This document shows positions 45,004 to 56,461 of a stretch of 64,000 bases of DNA, in pieces. Source of the stretch: Rebecca billardiae RCC1528 (taxonomy: Eukaryota; Protista; Haptophyta). Below the pieces are notes generated by a model. The model did not search any database and had not been told where the DNA came from. It saw nothing but the letters and a program-made list of their open reading frames with translations. The stretch spans positions 1,426,001 to 1,490,000 of the forward strand of contig OZ251230.1 in assembly GCA_965240325.2 (NCBI GenBank), in the 5' to 3' direction. The position numbers were made by a program, and so were the translations under genes. Every line of letters starts with the position of its first letter. The stretch's first letter is position 1.

Positions 45004-45360
45004 CTTTATTGGGCTGCCGAATCGTCGTCCGTGTTTAAACAACGCGTCTTCTCGGATGCGGGCGATGATCTATGATATGATGATCATGATGTGCATGAAT
45101 CAGACGACTCCCGCGTAGGCATGCCGCGTCATATTCATAATAATGCGCATATCGTCATTCTGATGCGCAGTCATCACTCCGCTGCCGCCGTAGGCTATAT
45201 ATCGTCATCACGGCTGATGATGATGATTAGATGATGAGCAGATGAGCATCGTTGGTAGCATATATCGTCATCACTCATCATCCGATCACGATCATCCGCG
45301 ATCACGTTCACGACTGACGACCGGTCATAGTCTCAATCAGGCAGCCGCCAGCATCGATCA

Positions 45361-46077
45361 TCAAGCAGCGCACGCGCTGAAGATTTCGTACAGCTCGATG
45401 GATGAAGCAGACGACGAGGAGGCTGGTTGTGAGTCCGAGCCCCCGCGCGGTGCTGGAGCCTCGAGGCGGCGATGTGTGAGGCTGCGCTTGCCACAGTGCT
45501 CGAAGAATGTTTTCAGCACCGCGCCCTGCGAGTCGCCAACCCCTCGCTCCTCGTGGCTGAGCAGGCAGATCGTATTTGCGCTGCATAGCTGACTGATGGT
45601 TTCTGCGAGCGCGTCGAAGGACCCCCAACCGTACAGCGGGTTGACGCACTCACTCACCAGCACAAGGTCGAATGGTGGCTCGATGCCGACCGGGAGCGCG
45701 GTGCCACCCCAGACGAGCTCGACTGCGCGCACATTCGCGCTGGACGGATTCAGCGCGATGTTGCGGCGCATGAGGTCAAGCATCTCCGCCTGATCGGTGA
45801 GTACGACTGATGCAGCGCCGAATGCCGCCGCTGCGAGCCCGACGAGGCCTGGCCCGGCCCCGAGCTCAATGCATCGCCTGCCGGCCAGCGCCGCGCGCCG
45901 CTGCCGCAGCTCGTCCACAAGGGCATGCGCCGCGGCCCACACGCGGCTGCCGGTCCACGTGTCACTGAATAGCGGCGCTAGGTCCGCCTCCGCCTGCTCC
46001 TCGTACAGGTGAACGGCGAGCGCATCTCCTATGGCAATGGTACTCGGCCCATCGGCGGCGGCGGGCGCGGCCGCCAT
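45361..46077 (-). CDS. METTL21-like protein-lysine methyltransferase (Methyltransf_16)
   Basis: TGSRVWAAA..L, IELGAGPGLVGL, VVLTDQ, LVWG, FDLVLVSECV. Confidence 0.88.
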   Translation of the reverse strand: MAAAPAAADGPSTIAIGDALAVHLYEEQAEADLAPLFSDTWTGSRVWAAAHALVDELRQRRAALAGRRCIELGAGPGLVGLAAAAFGAASVVLTDQAEMLDLMRRNIALNPSSANVRAVELVWGGTALPVGIEPPFDLVLVSECVNPLYGWGSFDALAETISQLCSANTICLLSHEERGVGDSQGAVLKTFFEHCGKRSLTHRRLEAPAPRGGSDSQPASSSSASSIELYEIFSACAA

Positions 46078-46218
46078 GCTGAATCAAGCTGCAACACATC
46101 GCGCCTCGCTTGCTCGAGGAGGCACCTTGCGAGGACCGCGGACCGGCGTGGTTGGTTGCGCGCATCGAGCATTCGAGCCGCGTGGCCGGACCGCGGACGC
46201 CGAAACTTGCCGACGGTC

Positions 46219-47489
46219 ATGCTGCGAACCATGCGCGCGCTCGTCGTCGCCGTCGCGGCCCTCGCGGGCTCGACCGACGGCTTCGCCGTGGGGGGCACTC
46301 GGGCGCACCACTCCGTCCACCGCGCTGCCCGTCGCGCCGCTCGTAGCGCCGCGGCGATGGAGGCGCCGCCGCCGGGCACGTTTGCGACCATTGTGTTCCT
46401 GCGGCACGGGCAGAGCGAATGGAACTCGGCCAACCTGTTCACGGGGTGGGCGGACGTGCCGCTGACGACGCTCGGCAAGAACGAGGCGGCGGCTGGCGCC
46501 ACGTCCATCTGGAAGGAGGGCATCAAGTTCGACGTGTGCTACACATCGCTCCTCACGCGCGCGATTCAGACTCTGAACATCGTGCTCACCATCACCGGAC
46601 AGGAGCACGTGGTCGTGCACCAGACCTGGCGTCTGAACGAGCGGATGTACGGCGCGCTGACGGGCTTCAACAAGAAGCAGACCGTCGAGAAGTACGGCGA
46701 GGAGCAGGTCGGGCTCTGGCGCCGCTCCTTCACCACGCCACCGCCGCCGGTCGAGAAGGACTCGCCCTACTACCCGCCCAACGACAACCGGTACGTGCAC
46801 ATCCCGGATGAGGACGTGCCGCTGAGCGAGTGCCTCAAGGACACGATCGAGCGCACCCTGCCGTACTGGGAGTCCGACATCATGCCCGCGCTCAAGCGTG
46901 GCAAGACGATCTGCATCGCCGCGCACGGTGCGTCGCCCGCGCTCGAAATGCGCGCCGAGCGCCGCGCCGCGCCGCGCGCGCCGCGCCGTGCCGGTGGCAC
47001 GGCCTGACGACGCGAGCGGCCGGGCGCGCGCCGGTGCCGGCGCAGGCAACTCAATCCGTGGCATGCTCAAGTACATCGACGACATTCCGGACGATGAGAT
47101 CGCCAACCTCGAGGTGCCCACCGGCATCCCTCTGCTCTACCGGCTGGACAAGGACCTGAAGGTGAGGCAGGCGTGGGCGCGCCACAGGCGTGCGCCGCCT
47201 CTGCCGCCCGTGCGCGCGCCGCGCCTGCGTGTGCCACCGCCGGCGTGAGCGGCGTCTGCACGGCCCGTGCATGCCCGCACACCTCAGTGCCCCTCACCCC
47301 CACGCGCGAACCCCCGCCGCCGCGCCCGCCGCGCGTCCACAGCCGATCACGGACTCGCGCATGAAGGCGCCGCTCCGCGGCCGCTTCCTCGCGGACGCCG
47401 AGGAGGTGAAGAAGGCGCAGGAGGAGGTTGCCGCACAGTCAAAGGTGCGCTATACCGTCGATGCGCAAAAGGACCCGGTGGAGAACTGA
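46219..47489 (+). CDS. gpmA: 2,3-BPG-dependent phosphoglycerate mutase, probably plastid-targeted (3 exons)
   Basis: LRHGQSEWN..NLFTGWADVPL, WRLNERMYGALTG, WRRSF, ECLKD, AHGNSIRG, PTGIPL; signal peptide ending ..TDG-FAV. Inferred introns 46928-47045 and 47162-47342. Confidence 0.95.
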
Positions 47490-48236
47490 TCGCAGAGAAG
47501 CGCTGGGCGCAGCAATACGCCATCATCGCCACCTTCCGATGGCTTGTGGCAGGCATGGGCGCAGCTCGGAGAGTCGGAGGCTGATTAGGTGCCGAGGACA
47601 GCTCACAGGTCCGCCAGGTCGGGCCGATGGGCTGCGCACTGCGCGGCTCGGCTGTTCCGTGACCATGTTTATTCGTGATTCGATTGATGGCAGCTGTCAC
47701 AGCCTTCTGCCACTGTCACAGCCTTCTGCCATCATCACCGCTACTATAGAGTCTAGCAGCAGACATCATATATCTGCTGATCTGCATGATGACTGCCATG
47801 AGCTGGCCCACTCACAGAGCTGGCTCAGACTCAGTGGCTGGCCGCGTCTTGTAGATCACTCATGTATGCTGACGACTTGTATCCGAGGTCGCCTAGCAGT
47901 CCCTTGGCAGCCACACATCACATGATGCGCATGCAACTCATCAGTGATGGGGGTTATCAGCAGCGCAAGTTTGCAGCCGTATAGGGTCGTAGGCGTAGTG
48001 AGGCGCGCCGGCGCTCCAACGCGCCGGCTCGCACTGCGCCGGAGCACGGCGCGCGTTGTATAGCAGCGCGCTCCGACGTCCGAACTCGCTCTCGACAAAG
48101 CGGACGGCCAGCAGCGCGCGGCGGACCCGACGGCGGCGGCGTCGACTCATGCACGAACTTTCGCCGATCGCTGTACTCATCGCCTGGACCAAGACGACGA
48201 GAGCAGTGGGCAACAGAGCAGCGTCACAGCAGCAGC

Positions 48237-49786
48237 CTAGGCATCATGACGGTGGACCGTCGGAACACGACAGCACTTGCGGTGCGTCGCCCAGTCGCGG
48301 CGCTGGCACTTCTGGCTGAGGCGCCAAAAGAATGACGTGGTGCAGAGCGCACGCGTCGAGTGGAGGGGTGCAAATGGCGCATGTCAGCATCGATGTGGTA
48401 GTGGGTGTGCGCATTGCGCGTGTCGTGTGCGCGCTGCGTGTCGGCCGCGCGCGCGCGCACACACCTGCAGTACACCACAGCCTTGCACCCCCCGCACCGA
48501 CGCTCGGCGCGGTCACCGCACGCGGCACACATGGGCGCGTTCGCGCGTAGCGGCCTGTGCTCGCGCTTGACAGCGTGGGGCAGCACGTGCTCCACCCACA
48601 CCTGATGCACGGCGCCCGCGTACACGCCGCCAAACTGCCCGTCCGCGACCAGCTCATACCCGAGCAGCAGCAGCTCCACGGCGCGCGCGCGCGCGCGCGG
48701 CGGGAAGAGGTGGTGGGTCTTGGGGCTCCACGGGCCGGCCGCCGCGACGACGGCTGCCGCGGCGCCGTGGTGCGGATTGGAGGCGAGCGCGGCGTGGGCC
48801 AGCGCGAGGGGCGATGACTTGCCGTCGGCGCTGAGCGCGTCGGTGTCGGTGAGCGCGCGCAGCAGCGCCACCGCCTCCGCCTCGCTCAGCAGCTCGACGT
48901 GGTGCAGGGCCGTGGGCCATTTCGCCGCGCGCTCGAGCCAGGTGGACACCTCTTGGTTGGCATACGCCTTGACTTGCAGCATAATCATCCGCAGGCCGAA
49001 ATCCGACTTGGGCATCCCACGCAGCGCCTGGGCCTTGCACAGCAGCTGCACCACCTGCAGCCTCTCAGCGGGGGTGTGGTCGACGCGCCATTTGGGCGAC
49101 TCGCACACCGCCACCGCGAGCAGGTATCTCACCATCGTGATGCCGGGCGTCTCCCTCAGGGAAGCGATGTCGGCGTCTGCGCCCGCGTCAAGAAGTAGCT
49201 GCACGCATGACGGGCGTAGCTCCTGTACGGCAGAAACCATCGGGCCCTCACGGCCCCCACACATATCTCCGTCGATGCCGTTGACGTGTGCGCGCGCGGC
49301 GATCAGCAGCTGCACGCACTCGGGGTGGCCGCGTGCGCAGGCGACGTGGATGGCCCTGAGGCCACCGGTCCAACCGAAAAGATCCACGCTTGCGCGTGCC
49401 TCGAGGAGGACGCGCACGCACGCCGCAGAATCGGTGTAGCAAGCCACTGAGAGGGCTGTCTTCTTGTCATGGCCGTACGCGTCCGCATTCGCGCCAGCGC
49501 CAAGCAGCAGCTGGACGCATGGCACGTGATTGCACAAGCATGCGTAGTGGAGGGCAGTAAAATGAACTATCTCCCGCTGGTCCTCGACATGCGGATCAGC
49601 ACCCGCCTCGAGGAGCAGCTGCGCGCACGCGACGTGTCCACCCCTGCATGCGAGCATGAGACCGGTCATCTCTTCTGCGACGTGGCAGTCGAGAGCGACG
49701 CCCGATTCGAGGAGCGACAGGAGCATTCGCACGTCTCCGCGCATGCACGCCTCGGCCATGTCCTGCATCTGCTCATCGCGCATCAT
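48237..49786 (-). CDS. Ankyrin-repeat protein with C-terminal MYND zinc finger, copy 1
   Basis: About 6 ankyrin repeats (TGLMLACRGGHVACAQLLLEAGADP etc.); MYND CAACG..RCGGCKAVVYCS|QKCQRRDWATHRKCC after removing inferred intron 48316-48464. Confidence 0.85.
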
Positions 49787-50669
49787 GGCCTCGGGTGCGC
49801 GGTCGCTGCACGCGCGCGTGGGAGAGGCTCCGACACCTCTCGCGGTTTTGGCGGGAGACGCGCCTGTGAGGAGCGATTTGGCGCCTTCGATCTCGCGACG
49901 CGAGCTGCAACGCGTCCGATTCCTCGGCCGATTCCTTGTGCGTGCACGGCATACGGTACGATTCCGATACCCAGTCCGGTTCTCTTCTACTGTAATGACC
50001 CAGGCCGGGACCATGTCACAGCAACAGACTCAGGGTGAGCAGCAGCAACATTATTGCACTCCACCCGCGTCCTGGCAGGAACCTCCTGAGCCCCTCCCGG
50101 CCACGCATATAGTTGCGGGTATTGTCAGTATCACGGACTCGACTCGAAGAGTCTCGAGCCTTGCTTCACTAAGCAGTAAGCTAGGGGGCTGCACGGGACG
50201 GGTGGAGCTGACATGCACGTGATGGGCTCCTCCGTGACATCGCAAACTACACGCTGTAAACAAGCGCCCCCCTCGACTGTCGAGTCATCCTACGGTACTT
50301 ATTATAATTATTTGTATTAAACTGTTAAGTAGCTATTCTTAGCCATGCTGCAGCTACTGTCGTCCGAACTAGTTATCAGCTAATCGTCTGGTGCGGCCCG
50401 CATCAAATGCTGGCGGCATTATACTGAATGTAATCCGAATATTAGCTCAACTGGCCGGGCAGCTCGCAGACCGTGGGCGGTGATGCGGTCCCGGTTGTAC
50501 GCATAGCTACTATAATTCTATGATTTAAAGACACAGGCTGCTGTCACAGGCACGAGGGCGCAACTCTCCTGATTCGTCTGTCGTGGTACTGGTCGAAGCT
50601 TGCAGCAGTGATGGTGTTATTAGCACTTCTTCTAGTCGCGTCAATTTAAGCTAGTGCCACAGCAGCAGC

Positions 50670-52228
50670 CTAGGTATCATGACGGTGGACCGTCGGAACA
50701 CGGCAGCACTCAGTGCGATGCGTCGCCCAGTCGCGGCGCTGGCACTTCTGGCTGAGACGCCAAAAGAATGACGTGGTGCAGAGCGCACGCGTCGGGTGGA
50801 GGGGTGCAAATGGCGCATGTCAGCATCGGTGTGGTAGTGGGTGTGCGTATTGCGCGTGTCGCGTGCGCGCTGCGCGTCGGCCGCGCGCGCGCGCACACAC
50901 CTGCAGTACACCACAGCCTTGCACCCCCCGCACCGACGCTCGGCGCGGTCACCGCACGCAGCACACATGGGCGCGTTCGCGCGTAGCGGCCTGTGCTCGC
51001 GCTTGACAGCGTGGGGCAGCACGTGCTCCACCCACACCTGATGCATGGCGCCCGCGTACACGCCGCCAAACTGCCCGTCCGCGACCAGCTCATACCCGAG
51101 CAGCAGCAGCTCCACGGCGCGCGCGCGCGCGCGGGGCGGGAAGAGGTGGTGGGTCTTGGGGCTCCACGGGCCGGCCGCCGCAACGACGGCTGCCGCGGCG
51201 CCGTGGTGCGGATCGGTGGCGAGCGCGGCGTGGGCCAGCGCGAGGGGCGATGACTTGCCGTCGGCGCTGAGCGCGTCGGTGTCGATGATCGCGCGCAGCA
51301 GCGCCACCGCCTCCGGCTCGCTCAGCAGCTCGACGTGGTGCAGGGCCGTGGGCCATTTCGCCGCGCGCTCGAGCCAGGTGGACACCTCTTGGTTGGCAGA
51401 CCCCGCGAGCAGGGACTGTCGCGTTATCATCCGTATGCCGAGATCCAACTTGGGCATCCCGCGCAGCGCCTGGGCCTTGCACAGCAGCTGCACCACCTGC
51501 AGCCTCTCAGCGGGCGTGTGGTCAACGCGCCATATGGGCGACTCGCATGCCGCCACGGAGAGCAGATATTTCGTCACCTTCAGGCCGACTAGCATCTCCT
51601 TCTGGGCGGCGATGTCGGCGTCTGCGCCCGCGTCAAGAAGTAGCTGCACGCATGACGGGCGCAGCTCCTGTACGGCAGAAACCATCGGGCCCTCACCACC
51701 ACACGTATCTCCGTCGATGCCGTTGACGTGTGCGCGCGCGGCGATCAGCAGCTGCACGCACTCGGGGTGGCCGCGTGCGCAGGCGATGTGGATGGCCCTG
51801 AGGCCACCGGTGCAACCAAGATCCACGCTTGCGCGTGCCTCAAGGAGGACGCGCACGCACGCCGCAGAATCGGTGTAGCAAGCCATCGCGAGGGCTGTCG
51901 TCTTGTCATGGCCGTACGCGTCCGCATTCGCGCCAGCGCCAAGCAGCAGCTGGGCGCATGGCACGTGATTGCACAAGCATGCGTAGTGGAGGGCAGTGAA
52001 ATGAACCATCTCCCGCTGGTCCTTGACATGCGGATCAGCACCCGCCTCGAGGAGCAGCTGCGCGCACGCGACGTGTCCACCCCTGCATGCGAGCATGAGA
52101 CCGGTCATCTTTTTTTTTGCGACGTGGCAGTCGAGAGCGACGCCCGATTCGAGGAGCGACAGGAGCATTCGCACGTCTCCGCGCATGCACGCCTCGGCCA
52201 TGTCCTGCATCTGCTCATCGCGCATCAT
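50670..52228 (-). CDS. Ankyrin-repeat protein with C-terminal MYND zinc finger, copy 2 (tandem duplicate)
   Basis: Near-identical to copy 1, including the intron and upstream sequence; period about 2.44 kb. Confidence 0.85.
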
Positions 52229-52663
52229 GGCCTCGGGTGCGCGGTCGTCGCTGCACGCGCGCGTGGGAGAGGCTCCGACACCTCTCGCGGTTTTGGCGGG
52301 AGACGCGCCTGTGAGGAGCGATTTGGCGCCTTCGAGCCCGGCTCGCGGAGCCACCGGCGCACGTCGCTTTTCGATTCGTACTATAATCGTAGTCCTCCGA
52401 TTCTGATCAAGATCAATATTCGATGGGCATACGGTACGATTACGATACCCAGTCCGGTGCACATACTGACGACCCAGTCCGGGACAAGGTCAATACTGTG
52501 AGCGTGAGCCTCGTCAATCGTGGCCCGCATCAACAGCCAATTGACCGGGCAGCTGAGGAACCGTGGGCGGTCATCCGGTCTCGTTGTACTAGAGTAGCAT
52601 AGTCATTTAGACATTGTGTAGTTACTTTCGGCGGTGATAACTGATATGCGCGTGACCCGTCAG

Positions 52664-54234
52664 TCACGACGCGAACGACGCCATTGGCACGCAGCAGCGC
52701 GCAAGAGCGTTCACCGCGCGCTGCCAGTCGACGCACAGCATCGCGCCGAGCCGTTGCTGGAACGCCGTGGGGCAACCGTTCTGCCGCGCCCACCGCAGCA
52801 CCTCCAGGTGGCGGTGCGCCGACGCGGCGACGCGCACGTGCCAGTCCCACTCGCAGCCGTTCGCTCTGAGGCTGCGCGCGCGAGGGGCGCGCCGGGCGGC
52901 ACGCAAAGGGGCGAGTCGGGCGTGCGCGCGGTGAGCGGCGCGCGCGCGCGAGCTGCGCGCGCCGTACGCGCGCACGCGCCCCCCGCCCGCGCGCGCGCGC
53001 ACAATTTGAGCAGCTCCAGGTGCCCGCCCTTGGCCGCGGCCGTGCACGTCTCCGAGTGCCACGGGCAGCCTTGCTCTCGCGCCCACTTGAGCACGTGCAG
53101 CTGGCCGCTCTCGGCGGCGAGGTCGCACACGCGCGCGTCCCACTCGACCCCGCGCGCGCGCAGCAGCTTGAGCGCGCCGAGCTGCCCCGCCCGCGCGGCG
53201 AGCGCGCACGCGTACGCGTTGGCGGGGCAGCCATGCTCGAGCGCGTACGCGAGCACGCGCATGTGCCCGCGCTCAGCCGCGGCCGAGCACGTCCAGCCGT
53301 CCCAGCGGCAGTGGCACACCTCGTGCAGCCACGCGAGCGTGTCGAGGTGGCCGTTGATCGCCGCGGCGGCGGCGACGCGGCTGTCCACCCCGAGCCCGCT
53401 CGCCACCGCGTACCTCAGCACGTGCACGTGCCCGTGAGCAGCGGCGAGGATGGTCGTGCGTCGGCTCCAGTCGGCGCCGTGGTCGCGCGCCCACACGAGG
53501 CACTCGAGGCTGCCGGCCGCGGCTGCGGCGCTGCAGGTGGACGCGTCCCACTCGCAGCCGTGCGTGTGCAGGAAGCGCAGCGCCGCCAGCTGCCCCGCGC
53601 GCGCGGCCACCGCGCACACCGGTGGTCCCCACGGGCAGCCGCGGTCCCGCAGCCAACGGAGCAGCTCGACGTGACCGCCCGCGGCGGCGTGCGCGCACGT
53701 GCTCATGTCCCACGCGCAGCCGTTCGCGTGGAGCCACTCGAGGAGCTCCGTGTACCCGCCGGCGGCGGCCGCCGTGCACGTCTCCGCGTCCATGCGGCAG
53801 CCGATCGAGCGCGCGTACCGCAGCATGAAGAGGTCGCCGTTCTGCGCCACCAGCCGACACGCGCTGTGCGGAGCCCAGCCCGCAGAGATCGCCCACTGCA
53901 TGCTGCGCTGCGAGATGACGAACGGGCGCACGTCGGTGCGGAAGCGCGTGCGTGCCTCGCGCGGATGCTTGGGCACGACATCCTCGGCGCAAATGATCCG
54001 CGCGAAATGCGAGCACACCATCGCGACCGGGAAGAGGCCACTCGCCGGGAGGTGTCCGACAATCCGGCGGACGTCGTCATCCGGCAGCAGGCAGAAGGGC
54101 GACGAGCCGAGCGGATCGGCGATCTCGCTGGCGGGGACCTCACAGGACGGCGCCGGGTCGTGCGAGGGATCGGCACGGGCGGGTCCGCATGGGCGCGTCT
54201 CGCGCTGCAAAGCCCTGGGAGCGTTGCCGTCCAT
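52664..54234 (-). CDS. F-box-like + ankyrin-repeat protein of the 'GCPW..TC..AA..GHL..L.W' type (2 exons)
   Basis: N-terminal PFCLLPDDDVRRIVGHL..VAMVCSHF (F-box-like); about 12 repeats such as GCAWDMSTCAHAAAGGHVELLRWLRDRGCPW; inferred intron 52872-53002. Confidence 0.82.
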
Positions 54235-55201
54235 CCTTCCGCGCGCTGGCGGGAGGCTCCCGCCCGCGGCCGGACGTCTGTAGATCTGCTTCTGAACCGT
54301 CACGCAAGCTCGTCACCAAACGGGCGCTGCAAACCGTCGTGGCCGGGGGGCAGCAAGGGGAGCCAGCGCGCCCGTCCGGCTGCCCAGCCGGCTCAGCGAT
54401 GCTGGTGAGCTCTACACTTTGCGAAGAACACGGCTCTGATGGCCATAGGCCACTTCTCACCGTCGCAGCCGTCGAGGTGAACGTCGCACTAATGCTGCCG
54501 GCTTGCGACTGCTTACACGACTGCGCATGTTGGAGCCGGGCTGCTGCTGCTGTGCGCTCTGTCACTCATTCTGATTTCTCATTTCTGTGGGGTTGAGACT
54601 TGAGGGAGCGTACAGAGACTAGAGAGATCTGCACGCGGTCATTGTGATTGGTGAGGGAGGCGCAGTGAATGAGCCCGCGAATTTGGGTCCCCCGCCGGAC
54701 CGTAGTGCCGATTTGACGGTGATCGAGTCGAACCGTACACTGTCACTGTTACCAGCACGGTGAGCGTCCCGGACCGGCAGCGCCGAGTGCCCGGCCGAGT
54801 CCGGACCGTGCGACTCGGACACTACTAGTGTATTCATGTCTCACAACGCGATGCCGATGTAGCAGTTCCATGGGCATGAATCATCATGATGATGACACTG
54901 CAGACTGCTGTCGCTGATGATTCCGGCACTCGAGGTCGCCAGTGCCCACTTGGTTACCGATCACGCCACGCGCGCAGACTTTGGAGTTTGGGCTGGCTGA
55001 TTAAGAGTCAAGAGAACACAGCCATCATTCAGTGCGCGCCGCTGTGCTCACCGTGGACTCACTGTGCCTGCTCGTTCGGCGTCACGCTCACATCAGCTCG
55101 CATGCGCCGCGGCGCCGGCCAGCACGCGCGCATGCTGAGCGTCGGCACAGGACAGACAGGTCGCGCCGCCGCGTCGAACGGCCGGCCCGACTCAGCGCGG
55201 C

Positions 55202-56286
55202 CTACATGAACTCGTGCGGATGGGGCAGCACGCCCTGGCTGCCGTCCGGCCGGTACACATACACGGCGAGCACCGTCCGGCCGTACCGCCTGTTGCGGTA
55301 CCCGACCAGCCGGCCCTCGCCCAGCGTGGACGGCATCACGCCCAGCTCCTCGGGGTACTCGATGGCGACGACGGTGTTCTCGCCGACGGCGGGCGACGCG
55401 AGGATGGCGTCCATGAGCTCTGAGTAGACGATCTGTCGCGCGCCGCGCCGCACGGGCGGAGGTCAATAGGCCGCTCTCGTGCGCCGCGGGCGGGTGGGCG
55501 GGTGCGAGTGAGGGGCGTGCACCCTCGCGTGCGCCGCAGGCAGGCGCAGGGGGGGGGCTCTCGCACCTCCTCGTATGGCGGCGTGAGGGTGATCAGGTCG
55601 AAGGGCGGGCTGAGGCCGTACTTCGTCGGCTCGGCAAGCACGGCCTCGGCGCGCGCGCACACGGCGACGTGCCGCTCCTCGTAGCCGCACATGCGCGCGT
55701 TGGCGCGCATCACGTCGACGCAGTCGGCAGAGAGGTCGACCGAAGCGACGCGCTCGCAGCCGCGCGAGAGGGTCTCGAGGCCGACGCAGCCCGAGCCCGA
55801 GAAGAGGTCGAGCGCGCTCGCGCTCGGTCCAAGCTCGACCAGGTCGCCGAGCATCGAGAACATCGCCTCGCGCACCTGCGCCATCATCGGCCGGATGTAC
55901 ACCGCAGGCGTGCGCAGCTTGCGTCCCTTCTGCTCGCCGCCGGTGATGTACAGCTTGAGGTCGGAGCGCGTGCGCCGGTCCACGCCCTGGGTGAGATCGA
56001 CGCCGCGCATGCGTCGGGGCGCGCGCAGCGTCTCGCCCGCGCGGCTTGTGGCGGAGCGGTTGGACGAGATCTGCGCGAGCGCGAGCTCCGATTCTTCGAA
56101 TCGCTTCGAGCGCCACTCGCGCTTCACGGCCTTGCGCGCCTCGCGCGGGCGCATGCTGCGCGGCATCATCACGATGCGCGACGCCGTACCGATCGGCGCG
56201 CGCGACGCGCGTGGCACGAGGTGCCCGCCGCCCACCGCCGCGTGCAGCGCGAGCACGGCCAGAGCCGTCCACGTGCACGGCACCAT
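55202..56286 (-). CDS. rsmD: 16S rRNA m2G966 methyltransferase, RsmD-like, probably plastid-targeted (2 exons)
   Basis: ITGGEQKGRKL, RPMMAQVREAMFSML, LDLFSGSGCVGLETLSRG, TPPY, IEYP, RRYGRT; N-terminal signal peptide; inferred intron 55433-55566. Confidence 0.9.
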
Positions 56287-56461
56287 TATTATTTTCGCGG
56301 CTGCTTGTTCGAGCGCTGCGGAGGCCCTTGCTCGTGACGAATCTGGAAATCCGCGTCGGTCGGCGACGGCTGGTTCCTGCGCCCAAGCGGCACACGGGCG
56401 CGCGGCTTGCACGCGCGCGGGACTTGCCTGCCGAGGGCCGACAGGCAGCCGCGTGGGCTGG

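Noticed and set aside
55691-56461. N-terminal 257 aa of the 1224-aa ORF
   Set aside because: Most of it is antisense to the rsmD-like gene; the GPCR-PIPK more plausibly starts at ATG 56462.
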